64,000 bases of DNA from Flavobacterium sp. (lineage in GTDB: Bacteria > Bacteroidota > Bacteroidia > Flavobacteriales > Flavobacteriaceae): contig NZ_JANOBI010000023.1 of assembly GCF_031411595.1 (NCBI RefSeq), forward strand, positions 304 to 64,303, read 5' to 3'. Positions 46,016-53,454 of the stretch are shown one piece after another. Each line of letters opens with the position of its first letter. Within the stretch, counting starts at the first letter, position 1. A program made the position numbers and the translations under genes. The notes beneath the pieces were generated by a model. It had not been told where the DNA came from. It saw only the letters and a program-made list of their open reading frames with translations, and did not search any database.

Positions 46016-46023
46016 CAAATGTA
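46016..46023 (-). promoter_or_regulatory. Putative -7 box TACATTTG for the NLR-like gene
   Basis: Matches TAnnTTTG on the minus strand 20 nt upstream of ATG 45995. Confidence 0.3.
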
Positions 46024-46492
46024 ACTTTTAATACAATCGATTTATATTTTAATCACAAAAAATATGTGGGTGTCATTGGTATACCTCGTTTTTTAACAAC
46101 CAATCATGAACCTAATTGAATTGTTTCAAGGATAATTGTTTCATGTCACACCATGAATAAAAAGATCTTATAAAATTTGACTAAATCAAAAAGTGCATTT
46201 CTCATGTTACACATTAAATAAAACAATCGTTGGAAATTGCATCAAATAAGGATTTGATTAGGATTCTCTATGGTTGAATGGTGATGTATTCCTATATGGG
46301 GAATTGACACGGCTGAAATCCTAAGTCGTAAAACTTTTTTTAAATATTAAATAATATGAAAAAGTAAAAATTTTCATGTCCGAAAAGTATCATCATGAAT
46401 AAATAATTTGCCCACGTAAATATTTTATAACCAAATGAAAATATGTTGATTTTTTTCTAAAACCAACATATTTATATATAAACATAAATACT

Positions 46493-46684
46493 ATGAAAAA
46501 TAATACAAAACAAAAAAGACTAACTATGAAAACGACTAGAATTTTAAAGACGGTAATTATTCTTATAATTATAATTTATCATTATCAAAATCATGATTTT
46601 GAATCAATTGTTAAAAGTCTATTTTTCTTAATAGACGAAATTAAAATTCCAAACAAAGAAAAGGAAGAAGACAACGACAAATAA
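46493..46684 (+). CDS. Hypothetical 63-aa single-TM peptide
   Basis: ATG start, one hydrophobic segment (ILKTVIILIIIIY) and an acidic/lysine-rich tail. No homology recognisable by eye and may not be expressed. Confidence 0.3.
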   Translation: MKNNTKQKRLTMKTTRILKTVIILIIIIYHYQNHDFESIVKSLFFLIDEIKIPNKEKEEDNDK

Positions 46685-46700
46685 CATTTTCCACCTATAA

Positions 46701-47548
46701 CTTAGGTGTTTTTGTTATCATTAATTTTGAAACACTACCAGTTATCTATGATTGCTTTTAAACTTTACTATTATTAAATTTTAAGCCCAAAAATAAATCT
46801 TCAAAATACTGTGTAAAACACTAAAGCTCCTCGAAAAGCAAATCGTTTTTCTACCTAAGCGTTTCAAATGAGTTCGTAAAGTCAAATTGTTTCGCTCAAT
46901 AATATTGGTGCAATATTGAAACCGTTTATGGATAGTATTAGGAATCAAAGCAGGATAAATATTTAATCGGTCAGTATAGATATGCTTGGGTGCAGATAAA
47001 ATCAATTGGTTAACCAAAGGTTGAATATTCTCCTTTGTTTTAGCACCCAATACAAAGCCAACAATAGCCCTGCTTTTCCTTTCTATGGCATAAGTAATCC
47101 ATGCAACATTAGTTTTATTGCCGATAAATGTCCAAATCTCATCCATTTCATAAGAGCATCCATTTTGTAAAAGTGGTTTTGGCTTTAATTTTTTTCCAAT
47201 GGATATGATGCGGGTTAGAACCGTATTCTTTGATATATTCAGAATTCTGCCTATACTTCTGATGCCACAACTCTCTTTCAACAATGTGATTATTGAAGCA
47301 TTGGTAGTATGTATATAAGCTTGATACTTATAAGTAGTTTGAAATTTATTTTGGCACAGCTTACATTTATATCGCTGTACTTTTGATTGAAATCCATTTT
47401 TAACAGATGTTCCGCTACACTTAGGGCAATATACTTTTTCCATCCCCTAATTTAATACACGTAGGCAAAACAAAGCCTCTATTCAGACAATCTAATAAAA
47501 TTTAAATCTTGAAGGCATAGATTTCTATAAGAAAAAACAACACTTAGA
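46701..47548 (-). mobile_element. IS1-family insertion sequence (boundaries tentative)
   Basis: Transposase ORF 46781..47443. Only weak candidate terminal inverted repeats (CTTAGGTGTTTTTGTT at 46701 versus the reverse complement TCTAAGTGTTGTTTTTT at 47532-47548). No target-site duplication identified. Confidence 0.55.
46781..47443 (-). CDS. IS1-family transposase (fused InsA-like zinc finger/HTH plus DDE domain)
   Basis: 220 aa. N-terminal CPKCSG...YKCKLC zinc finger, an HTH-like segment, and DDE-region length typical of single-ORF IS1-family elements. Confidence 0.75.
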   Translation of the reverse strand: MEKVYCPKCSGTSVKNGFQSKVQRYKCKLCQNKFQTTYKYQAYIHTTNASIITLLKESCGIRSIGRILNISKNTVLTRIISIGKKLKPKPLLQNGCSYEMDEIWTFIGNKTNVAWITYAIERKSRAIVGFVLGAKTKENIQPLVNQLILSAPKHIYTDRLNIYPALIPNTIHKRFQYCTNIIERNNLTLRTHLKRLGRKTICFSRSFSVLHSILKIYFWA

Positions 47549-47602
47549 TTTTTTACTAGATGCTGTTTTTCAGCGTTTTAATTTCAAAATTAAGTGCATG
47601 CC

Positions 47603-47875
47603 CTAAGTTGATACATTACCGGCATCAAGAACTTCATTAAGAAAAGCTTCATTTAATTTGTAATTTTCACCATCTAATTCAAAATCATTACCTAAATACT
47701 TAGGATAATTATTGGAACTTCTTTCAAATTCATGTTCGTGATAATTATAATTTGGATAATCATTTTTTCCAATAACATAGACTTCTAATTTTACCAATAA
47801 TGATTTTTTCTCTGCTTCAGATTTGGCTGAAAACTCTAACGAATTAAGAATATTAAAGAACGATTGTTTTTTCAT
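47603..47875 (-). CDS. Hypothetical 90-aa protein (island cargo)
   Basis: ATG start in an isolated interval. Acidic, Asn/Tyr-rich. No motif recognised. Confidence 0.4.
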   Translation of the reverse strand: MKKQSFFNILNSLEFSAKSEAEKKSLLVKLEVYVIGKNDYPNYNYHEHEFERSSNNYPKYLGNDFELDGENYKLNEAFLNEVLDAGNVST

Positions 47876-47932
47876 TGTCAGATTAATTATAGTTAATCTA
47901 AGTTAATGAATTCAAGAAAGGAAAAGTAAAAA

Positions 47933-47950
47933 GGGGAATAATAGGGGAAG
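47933..47950 (+). repeat. 18-bp direct repeat AGGGGAATAATAGGGGAA (right copy)
   Basis: Exact copy of 40408-40425. Confidence 0.6.
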
Positions 47951-47954
47951 ATAA

Positions 47955-48000
47955 AATTAAAAAATCTCTAAATCGCTATATTTAAACGTTTTAGAGATTT
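47955..48000 (-). terminator. Island-encoded rho-independent terminator now serving tRNA-Leu
   Basis: Perfect 10-bp stem AATCTCTAAA (47964-47973) / TTTAGAGATT (47991-48000). On the minus strand it is followed by TTTTTAATTTT. Confidence 0.65.
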
Positions 48001-48005
48001 TTAAA

Positions 48006-48018
48006 GTGCGGATAATAG
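48006..48018. repeat. attR core (GTGCGGATAATAG) within the tRNA-Leu 3' end
   Basis: Exact match to 40268-40280. Confidence 0.75.
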
Positions 48019-48088
48019 GACTCGAACCTACACGCCTTGCGGCACCAGATCCTAAGTCTGGCATGTCTACCAATTTCACCATATCCGC
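48007..48088 (-). tRNA. tRNA-Leu (anticodon UAG)
   Basis: Hand-folded. Acceptor GCGGATA/TATCCGC; anticodon stem CCAGA/TCTGG with loop CTTAGGA; long variable arm GCCGCAAGGCG; T-arm GTAGG-TTCGAGT-CCTAT; discriminator A. Confidence 0.9.
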
Positions 48089-48109
48089 TCAATTGTGGGT
48101 GCAAATATA
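48089..48109 (-). promoter_or_regulatory. Putative tRNA promoter/leader motif TATATTTGCACCCACAATTGA (contains TATATTTG -7 box)
   Basis: Matches TAnnTTTG and is nearly identical to the tRNA-Ser upstream string at 8711-8730. Confidence 0.5.
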
Positions 48110-48115
48110 AATATA

Positions 48116-48147
48116 ATTCTCAATTATCAATTCTCAATTCTCAATTT
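48116..48147. repeat. Tandem 7-8-mers (AATTCTCA/ATTATCA)
   Basis: Read directly between tRNA-Leu and the dipeptidase gene. Confidence 0.7.
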
Positions 48148-48199
48148 TTTTATCAGTGTTTATTTTATACATTTGAAACTATAAAACTTTCAAACCAAC

Positions 48200-49588
48200 A
48201 TGGACACTATAAAATCGTACGTGCAGCAGCACAAAGATCGCTTCATTGAAGAATTAATCGAATTGCTTAAAATCCCTTCCGTCAGTGCTGATCCTGTTTA
48301 TTCTCAAGATGTTATCGATACTGCAGATGCCGTAAAAGCAAGCCTTGAAAAAGCAGGTTGTGATTTCGTGGAAATTTGCGACACACCGGGTTATCCAATC
48401 GTTTACGGAGAAAAAACCATCGACAAAAATCTACCTACGATATTAGTCTACGGACATTACGACGTTCAACCGCCAGATCCAATGGATTTGTGGACATCGC
48501 CACCCTTCGAACCTGTCATCAAAACCACCGACATTCATCCCGAAGGTGCTATTTTCGCACGCGGTTCTTGTGACGACAAAGGTCAAATGTATATGCACGT
48601 GAAAGCGTTAGAATATATGGTGCAATCCAATACGCTGCCTTGCAATGTCAAGTTTATGATTGAAGGCGAAGAGGAAGTCGGCTCCAAAAGCTTAAGCTGG
48701 TTCGTCGAGCGCAATCAAGAAAAACTCAAAAACGATGTCATCTTGATTTCCGATACGGGTATGATTTCAAACCAACAGCCATCCATCACCACCGGTTTAC
48801 GCGGATTGAGTTATGTAGAAGTAGAAGTAACCGGCCCAAACCGCGACCTACATTCCGGATTATACGGCGGCGCAGTGGCCAATCCAATCAACGTTTTAGC
48901 CAAAATGATTGCGTCGCTTCACGATGAAAACAACCACATTACGATTCCGGGTTTTTACGACAAAGTAGAAGAACTCACGACAGCCGAAAGAGCTGAAATG
49001 GCCAAAGCACCATTCAATTTAGAAAATTATAAAAAAGCATTAGACCTTAACGATATCTATGGCGAAAAAGGCTACGTAACCAACGAAAGAAACTCCATCA
49101 GACCAACGCTAGATGTCAACGGAATTTGGGGCGGTTACACCGGTGAAGGCGCAAAAACTGTTATAGCCAGTAAAGCCTACGCCAAAATTTCGATGCGTTT
49201 GGTACCACACCAAGATTGGGAAGAAATCACCGAATTGTTCACCAAACATTTCGAAAGCATTGCTCCAGCAGGCGTGACCGTAAAAGTAAAACCACACCAT
49301 GGCGGGCAAGGTTATGTGACGCCCATCGACAGTATCGGCTATCAAGCTGCGAATAAAGCCTACACCGAAACCTTTGGCGTTCCTGCCATTCCGGTGCGTT
49401 CGGGTGGTAGTATTCCGATTGTCGCGCTGTTCGAAAAGGAACTCAAAAGTAAAACCATTCTGATGGGATTTGGTCTCGATAGCGATGCGATTCACTCGCC
49501 AAATGAGCATTTTGGGATTTTTAATTACCTCAAAGGCATTGAAACGATTCCGTTGTTTTACAAATATTTTGTAGAATTAAGTAAATAA
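48200..49588 (+). CDS. M20-family dipeptidase
   Basis: 462 aa. HYDVQP, GSCDDKG and EGEEEVGS motifs of M20 metallopeptidases. Confidence 0.85.
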   Translation: MDTIKSYVQQHKDRFIEELIELLKIPSVSADPVYSQDVIDTADAVKASLEKAGCDFVEICDTPGYPIVYGEKTIDKNLPTILVYGHYDVQPPDPMDLWTSPPFEPVIKTTDIHPEGAIFARGSCDDKGQMYMHVKALEYMVQSNTLPCNVKFMIEGEEEVGSKSLSWFVERNQEKLKNDVILISDTGMISNQQPSITTGLRGLSYVEVEVTGPNRDLHSGLYGGAVANPINVLAKMIASLHDENNHITIPGFYDKVEELTTAERAEMAKAPFNLENYKKALDLNDIYGEKGYVTNERNSIRPTLDVNGIWGGYTGEGAKTVIASKAYAKISMRLVPHQDWEEITELFTKHFESIAPAGVTVKVKPHHGGQGYVTPIDSIGYQAANKAYTETFGVPAIPVRSGGSIPIVALFEKELKSKTILMGFGLDSDAIHSPNEHFGIFNYLKGIETIPLFYKYFVELSK

Positions 49589-49593
49589 AATTC

Positions 49594-49652
49594 AACACGG
49601 ATTTCACTAATTAGCACTAATTTTTTTCGTGTTAATTCGTGAAATCCGTGTT
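49594..49652 (+). terminator. Perfect 14-bp-stem hairpin (AACACGGATTTCAC / GTGAAATCCGTGTT, 31-nt loop) after the dipeptidase gene
   Basis: Read directly. The large loop makes it an atypical terminator. The loop contains a CACTAATT tandem. Confidence 0.5.
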
Positions 49653-49662
49653 TATAATTTTT

Positions 49663-49751
49663 GGGCGTTACCACAAGGGTCGGGCTTTCCACTCTCAACC
49701 TTTTGTGACGGTGTTCCTCACAAAAGGTTTTCCACTACAATCCCTAACGCG
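49663..49751 (+). repeat. Palindromic intergenic element, copy B
   Basis: GGGCGTTACCACAAGGGTCGGGCTTTCCACT...CCTTTTGTGA-CGGTGTTC-CTCACAAAAGG...TCCACTACAATCCCTAACGCG. Closest to copy A. Confidence 0.8.
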
Positions 49752-49790
49752 GACCGAACAGACCAAGTAAAGCCATTGCAAAGCATAGGT

Positions 49791-52259
49791 TTAATACTTT
49801 TGCATAATCTCCATAATTTTTCGTGCAGGCTCTCTAATCTCAACCGCTTTACTGTTTAAATAACCTTCACTGTCTTTTTCTGTTAACGCTTTAATGGCGA
49901 CATAGTAAGGAGCCAAAATAGTATTAAACCCATTTTCTTCAAGAAGGGTTGCCAGCCAATTGCCATACCCTAATTTGGTAACCACAGCTCCAAAACGCCA
50001 CCAATCGTCTTGAGTATTGTTTGGCAATCGATCTTCAATTTTTTGAAAAGCATTTAGTAAATGTTCTTTTGCAGTACCTTCATTTCGTTTGTACAATTCA
50101 AATAACGATTTATTCAACCAATGTGAATCTTCAATCTCTTTATTGATGTCTTTATCCAAAGAATTAAATATATCTTCAGACTCTGTAAGCTTATTGATTT
50201 TATCTCTGTAGAGAAAAACCAAGTTATATTTTGCGTAAATATTATCCGGACTAATTTTAATGGCATTTATAAAAGCCTCCTCCGCTTTTTGATATTCTTG
50301 AAGATAATCAAGGTATAAATTCCCTAATCTATTATATAGGAAAGAATTATCTTCATTCAACTCAATGGCTTTTAAATATGCATCTTCCGATTTTTTATAG
50401 TCTTGAAAATGATCTCGATATAAATATGCTAATCCATTCCAAGGATTAGCATATTTATTATCAAACTCAATGGCTTTTAAATATGCATCTTCCGATTTTT
50501 TATAGTCTTGCAAATAACTTTGATATAGATTTCCTAAATTATACCATGGATAAACATATTTTTCATCAATCTCAATGGCTTTTAAAAATGCGGCTTCCGA
50601 TTTTTTATAATCTTGCAAATAATCTTGATAAAGAACTCCTAAATTATTCCATGAGTTAGGGTCTTCTTTATCCAGTTCTATCGCTTTTAAATACGCTTTT
50701 TCTGCTTCATCGAATTTCTTCAAATTCACGTGATATAAATACGCTAAATCAAACCATGTATCAGCATCTTTATTATTCTTTTTTAACTTGGCTAAATAGG
50801 TTTTCTCTAACTTAATAAAGTCTGTTTTTTCTTTATCAGTTTCCGGCTCTTTACTCAATCCAAATTTTTCATATACTTCAGGATTGGTTTTGGCTTCTTC
50901 TTTTAGTTCGTTATGACATGCTTCTTTGATTTGTTTTTTTAAATTTTTGTCCGTTACTGCTTCGGCTAAAGCCAATTTATAGGTTATTTGGTTTACGTTT
51001 TCACTTTTTACAGACAAGCTGTTTTTTGCCACTTCATGCAAATCATCGCCATAAAAAGTTTCTAAAAACTTAGACAAACAATACAGTTCTTTCTTTTGTC
51101 TGCGGCTGCTTCTGCGCATTAAAAACCAAATATTAAAAAAACGTTCACTAATTTGATACGCACTGCCTTTGGCTTTATAAGCGTCTAATCTTTCTATCCA
51201 TCCCAGTTCTACCAATCGTTTTAATTGTGGTGAAAGCTGTCCGTTTTCTAATTTGGTTTCGTTACGCAATTGCTCTAAATTCATTGGGTCCCAATGCAAT
51301 GCAATGGCGTCAACAATAATTTGAGATTGGTTGGACAATTCTTCAAAACGAGCTTTATATAAGGGCGTTATTTCATCTAGTAACGCTTCTAAATCGTCGT
51401 TAATTTCTTTAGAAAATCCTTTTACAATAATTTTAAAAAGCATTACAGCCGTTCTTGGATTTCCACCGGTTAATTGGTGAATCGTTTTGAGTCGACCAAT
51501 TTCGTCATGAATATTGGCTAAAACTTCTTGCGCATTCGTCAACTGGGCCAGATTGTTTAAAATGTCTAAAAGCTCTTCAAACTTTAATCTGTTTAGATGG
51601 GTTGTTTGAAAAGCATCATAAAATGGTGCTCCATAATTTATAGTATCTTCAATATCTACAGCACTGGCTCCTATTAAAATTGGCGCGTTATTTTGCATCA
51701 ACCAAGCCCGTAAAATATGTTGTTCACTTTTATCTAGTCGGTCAAAAATAAAACTCATATTATCAATTAATAATACAGGTCTTTTATTAATCTTATTAGA
51801 CATTTCAATCAAAAATTGAAAAGCTTGTCGGGCTACTTCATCATCATCTTTGCTTTTTTGAAGTTCTTTAACTTTTGAGTCAATTAAGTTTACTTCGTCT
51901 TTGCTTTTCACCAACTCTAATGCATCAGCCATCGCATCTAAGCTATTGAGCCAAAACTCTGCTAGGTTACTCAAATTGTATTGTTCTTCTGGAAAAAGTA
52001 AAGGAATGAATTTTGAATCTTTTTTTCTTAACTCAACTTCTATTCGCTTCAATAAGGTGCTTTTTCCCATGCCTCTTTGACCAATAAACAGGTAATGTTG
52101 CGGAATACTGTTGGCTTTTTCTTTTTTAATTTTATCCATTAGCAAGAGAAAATATTTTTGTCTAACTACAAATAAATTTTCCACGGTTTCATCATCCAAT
52201 CGCTGCGGATTGTACAAGCCTAATTGGCTTAATGACAGTTGTTTTATTTTTTTCATCAT
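49791..52259 (-). CDS. STAND-like P-loop ATPase with winged helix and five 35-aa TPR-like repeats (822 aa)
   Basis: Walker A GQRGMGKST (60-68), Walker B PVLLIDNMSF (about 161-170), GGNPR sensor-like motif, wHTH-like LSPQLKRLVELGWIER. Repeats W.NLG.LY.DYLQDYKKSE.A.LKAIE at aa ~495-690. Confidence 0.8.
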   Translation of the reverse strand: MMKKIKQLSLSQLGLYNPQRLDDETVENLFVVRQKYFLLLMDKIKKEKANSIPQHYLFIGQRGMGKSTLLKRIEVELRKKDSKFIPLLFPEEQYNLSNLAEFWLNSLDAMADALELVKSKDEVNLIDSKVKELQKSKDDDEVARQAFQFLIEMSNKINKRPVLLIDNMSFIFDRLDKSEQHILRAWLMQNNAPILIGASAVDIEDTINYGAPFYDAFQTTHLNRLKFEELLDILNNLAQLTNAQEVLANIHDEIGRLKTIHQLTGGNPRTAVMLFKIIVKGFSKEINDDLEALLDEITPLYKARFEELSNQSQIIVDAIALHWDPMNLEQLRNETKLENGQLSPQLKRLVELGWIERLDAYKAKGSAYQISERFFNIWFLMRRSSRRQKKELYCLSKFLETFYGDDLHEVAKNSLSVKSENVNQITYKLALAEAVTDKNLKKQIKEACHNELKEEAKTNPEVYEKFGLSKEPETDKEKTDFIKLEKTYLAKLKKNNKDADTWFDLAYLYHVNLKKFDEAEKAYLKAIELDKEDPNSWNNLGVLYQDYLQDYKKSEAAFLKAIEIDEKYVYPWYNLGNLYQSYLQDYKKSEDAYLKAIEFDNKYANPWNGLAYLYRDHFQDYKKSEDAYLKAIELNEDNSFLYNRLGNLYLDYLQEYQKAEEAFINAIKISPDNIYAKYNLVFLYRDKINKLTESEDIFNSLDKDINKEIEDSHWLNKSLFELYKRNEGTAKEHLLNAFQKIEDRLPNNTQDDWWRFGAVVTKLGYGNWLATLLEENGFNTILAPYYVAIKALTEKDSEGYLNSKAVEIREPARKIMEIMQKY

Positions 52260-53428
52260 TTTGAAAATCGGTTATACCAAAAATCTCTTAAAAGCGGCGA
52301 ACGAAAGGCGTATTTTAATTCTTCTTCGATTAAATAACCATCGTTTTGTAGCATGTATAAAAGTTTACTTAAAATTGATTCTGTTTTTTCTTCATCATTA
52401 ATCTTAGCGTTTAAAACGGTAAAAAGCATACCTCTGCTTTCTCCTTGTTTATTTATTGAAAGCCTTTTTAACAATAGACGCGCATAGATTTCCAAAACAT
52501 TATATTCATTTAAGCGTTCTTCCCAAGTATTTAAGTGTTTTTCGCTTATTAATAATGTATAAGCTTCGTCAACAGTTTTAGTTGTTATTTCCCTATCCTC
52601 AACTTGAACTAAATGATAAAATTTAAAAAATAAAATTTGAATAAAATAGGGAAGTAGCCAACCTAACTTATTCAATTTATATTCAATTACTTCTTCAGAA
52701 AGAATAATTCCCTCTGATCTCGCTAACTCTAATAACAATTCTTTTGCTTTTTCTCTTTTAAACGCACCTATTGGATAAGGATCAACATCATTAAAAGTAT
52801 AACTCAAATTATGTTGGTTGGTAAAATTGTCAATCCCAATAGAACTACAAAATATCCAGCGAATTTTTGTACCGGAAACTTGTCTAAAACTTCGTAACCA
52901 ATTCAGAAAAAATTCAGCATTCTTCTTTCCTTCTTCAGGATCATTATCTATGAAGCTACTTAATACCACTGTTAATTCGTCAACCATAATCAAGGTTTCC
53001 TTTTCATGATTTAAAAGTTTTTTTAAGTTTTCATACACATCGCTTTTAGATGATCTCCATTCCAATGTTGCTTTTGCGCCTTCATATTCAATTGATGTCT
53101 TAATACTTTCAAGAATTTTTTCTATTTTATTTGCTGATGTATTTACAACCTTAGTCCACCAACTTTGACTAGTTAATTGTTCAACAAACTTTTTAACGAA
53201 GCCTTCTTCTGATTTTACTTCTTCCAAATTTATCTCTAAAGTGTCCCATCCATTTTCTTTTGCTTCCTTCAAAACTCTTTTAGCGAGAGACGATTTCCCT
53301 ACTCTTCTTGGCGCAGAAAGTATAATGGAATTACCTTTTTTAATATGTCTCCAAACGAATTCTAATTCTTTTTCTCTTCCAAAAAAATCGTTTCCTTCAA
53401 CTGGAGAGCCTGTAATATTGTTTATCAT
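52256..53428 (-). CDS. Arch-ATPase-like (PF01637-type) AAA ATPase with C-terminal helical/wHTH-like region (~390 aa)
   Basis: Start moved to ATG 53428 (MINNITGSPVEGNDFFGREKELEF...SAPRRVGKSSL Walker A; LIMVDELT Walker B). The stop overlaps the start of the 822-aa gene (ATGA). Confidence 0.75.
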   Translation of the reverse strand: MINNITGSPVEGNDFFGREKELEFVWRHIKKGNSIILSAPRRVGKSSLAKRVLKEAKENGWDTLEINLEEVKSEEGFVKKFVEQLTSQSWWTKVVNTSANKIEKILESIKTSIEYEGAKATLEWRSSKSDVYENLKKLLNHEKETLIMVDELTVVLSSFIDNDPEEGKKNAEFFLNWLRSFRQVSGTKIRWIFCSSIGIDNFTNQHNLSYTFNDVDPYPIGAFKREKAKELLLELARSEGIILSEEVIEYKLNKLGWLLPYFIQILFFKFYHLVQVEDREITTKTVDEAYTLLISEKHLNTWEERLNEYNVLEIYARLLLKRLSINKQGESRGMLFTVLNAKINDEEKTESILSKLLYMLQNDGYLIEEELKYAFRSPLLRDFWYNRFSK

Positions 53429-53446
53429 AAACTTAATTTTAAAACA

Positions 53447-53454
53447 CAAATATA
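53447..53454 (-). promoter_or_regulatory. Putative -7 box TATATTTG for the two-ATPase operon
   Basis: Matches TAnnTTTG on the minus strand about 18 nt upstream of ATG 53428. Confidence 0.35.

Larger units (their letters stand above)
40268..48018. mobile_element. tRNA-Leu-integrated genomic island (~7.7 kb): integrase, NLR-like gene, IS1-family element, small ORFs
   Basis: 13-bp direct repeats GTGCGGATAATAG at 40268-40280 and 48006-48018 (the latter is the tRNA-Leu 3' end). Tyrosine integrase next to the left repeat. Visibly AT-rich cargo. No phage structural genes. Confidence 0.8.

Noticed and set aside
40268-48018. Possibility that the island is a prophage or an integrative conjugative element.
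   Set aside because: At 7.7 kb it contains no capsid, tail, terminase, replication, relaxase or T4SS genes. It holds only an integrase, one NLR-like gene, an IS and small ORFs.
48037-48249. 70-aa plus-strand ORF.
   Set aside because: It starts inside tRNA-Leu (antisense), crosses the 7-8-mer repeats and overlaps the dipeptidase start. Not credible.
49629-49859. 76-aa plus-strand ORF after the dipeptidase gene.
   Set aside because: It is a translation of the terminator hairpin and palindromic element copy B, and it overlaps the 3' end of the 822-aa gene. Similar pseudo-peptides arise from other copies of the element.
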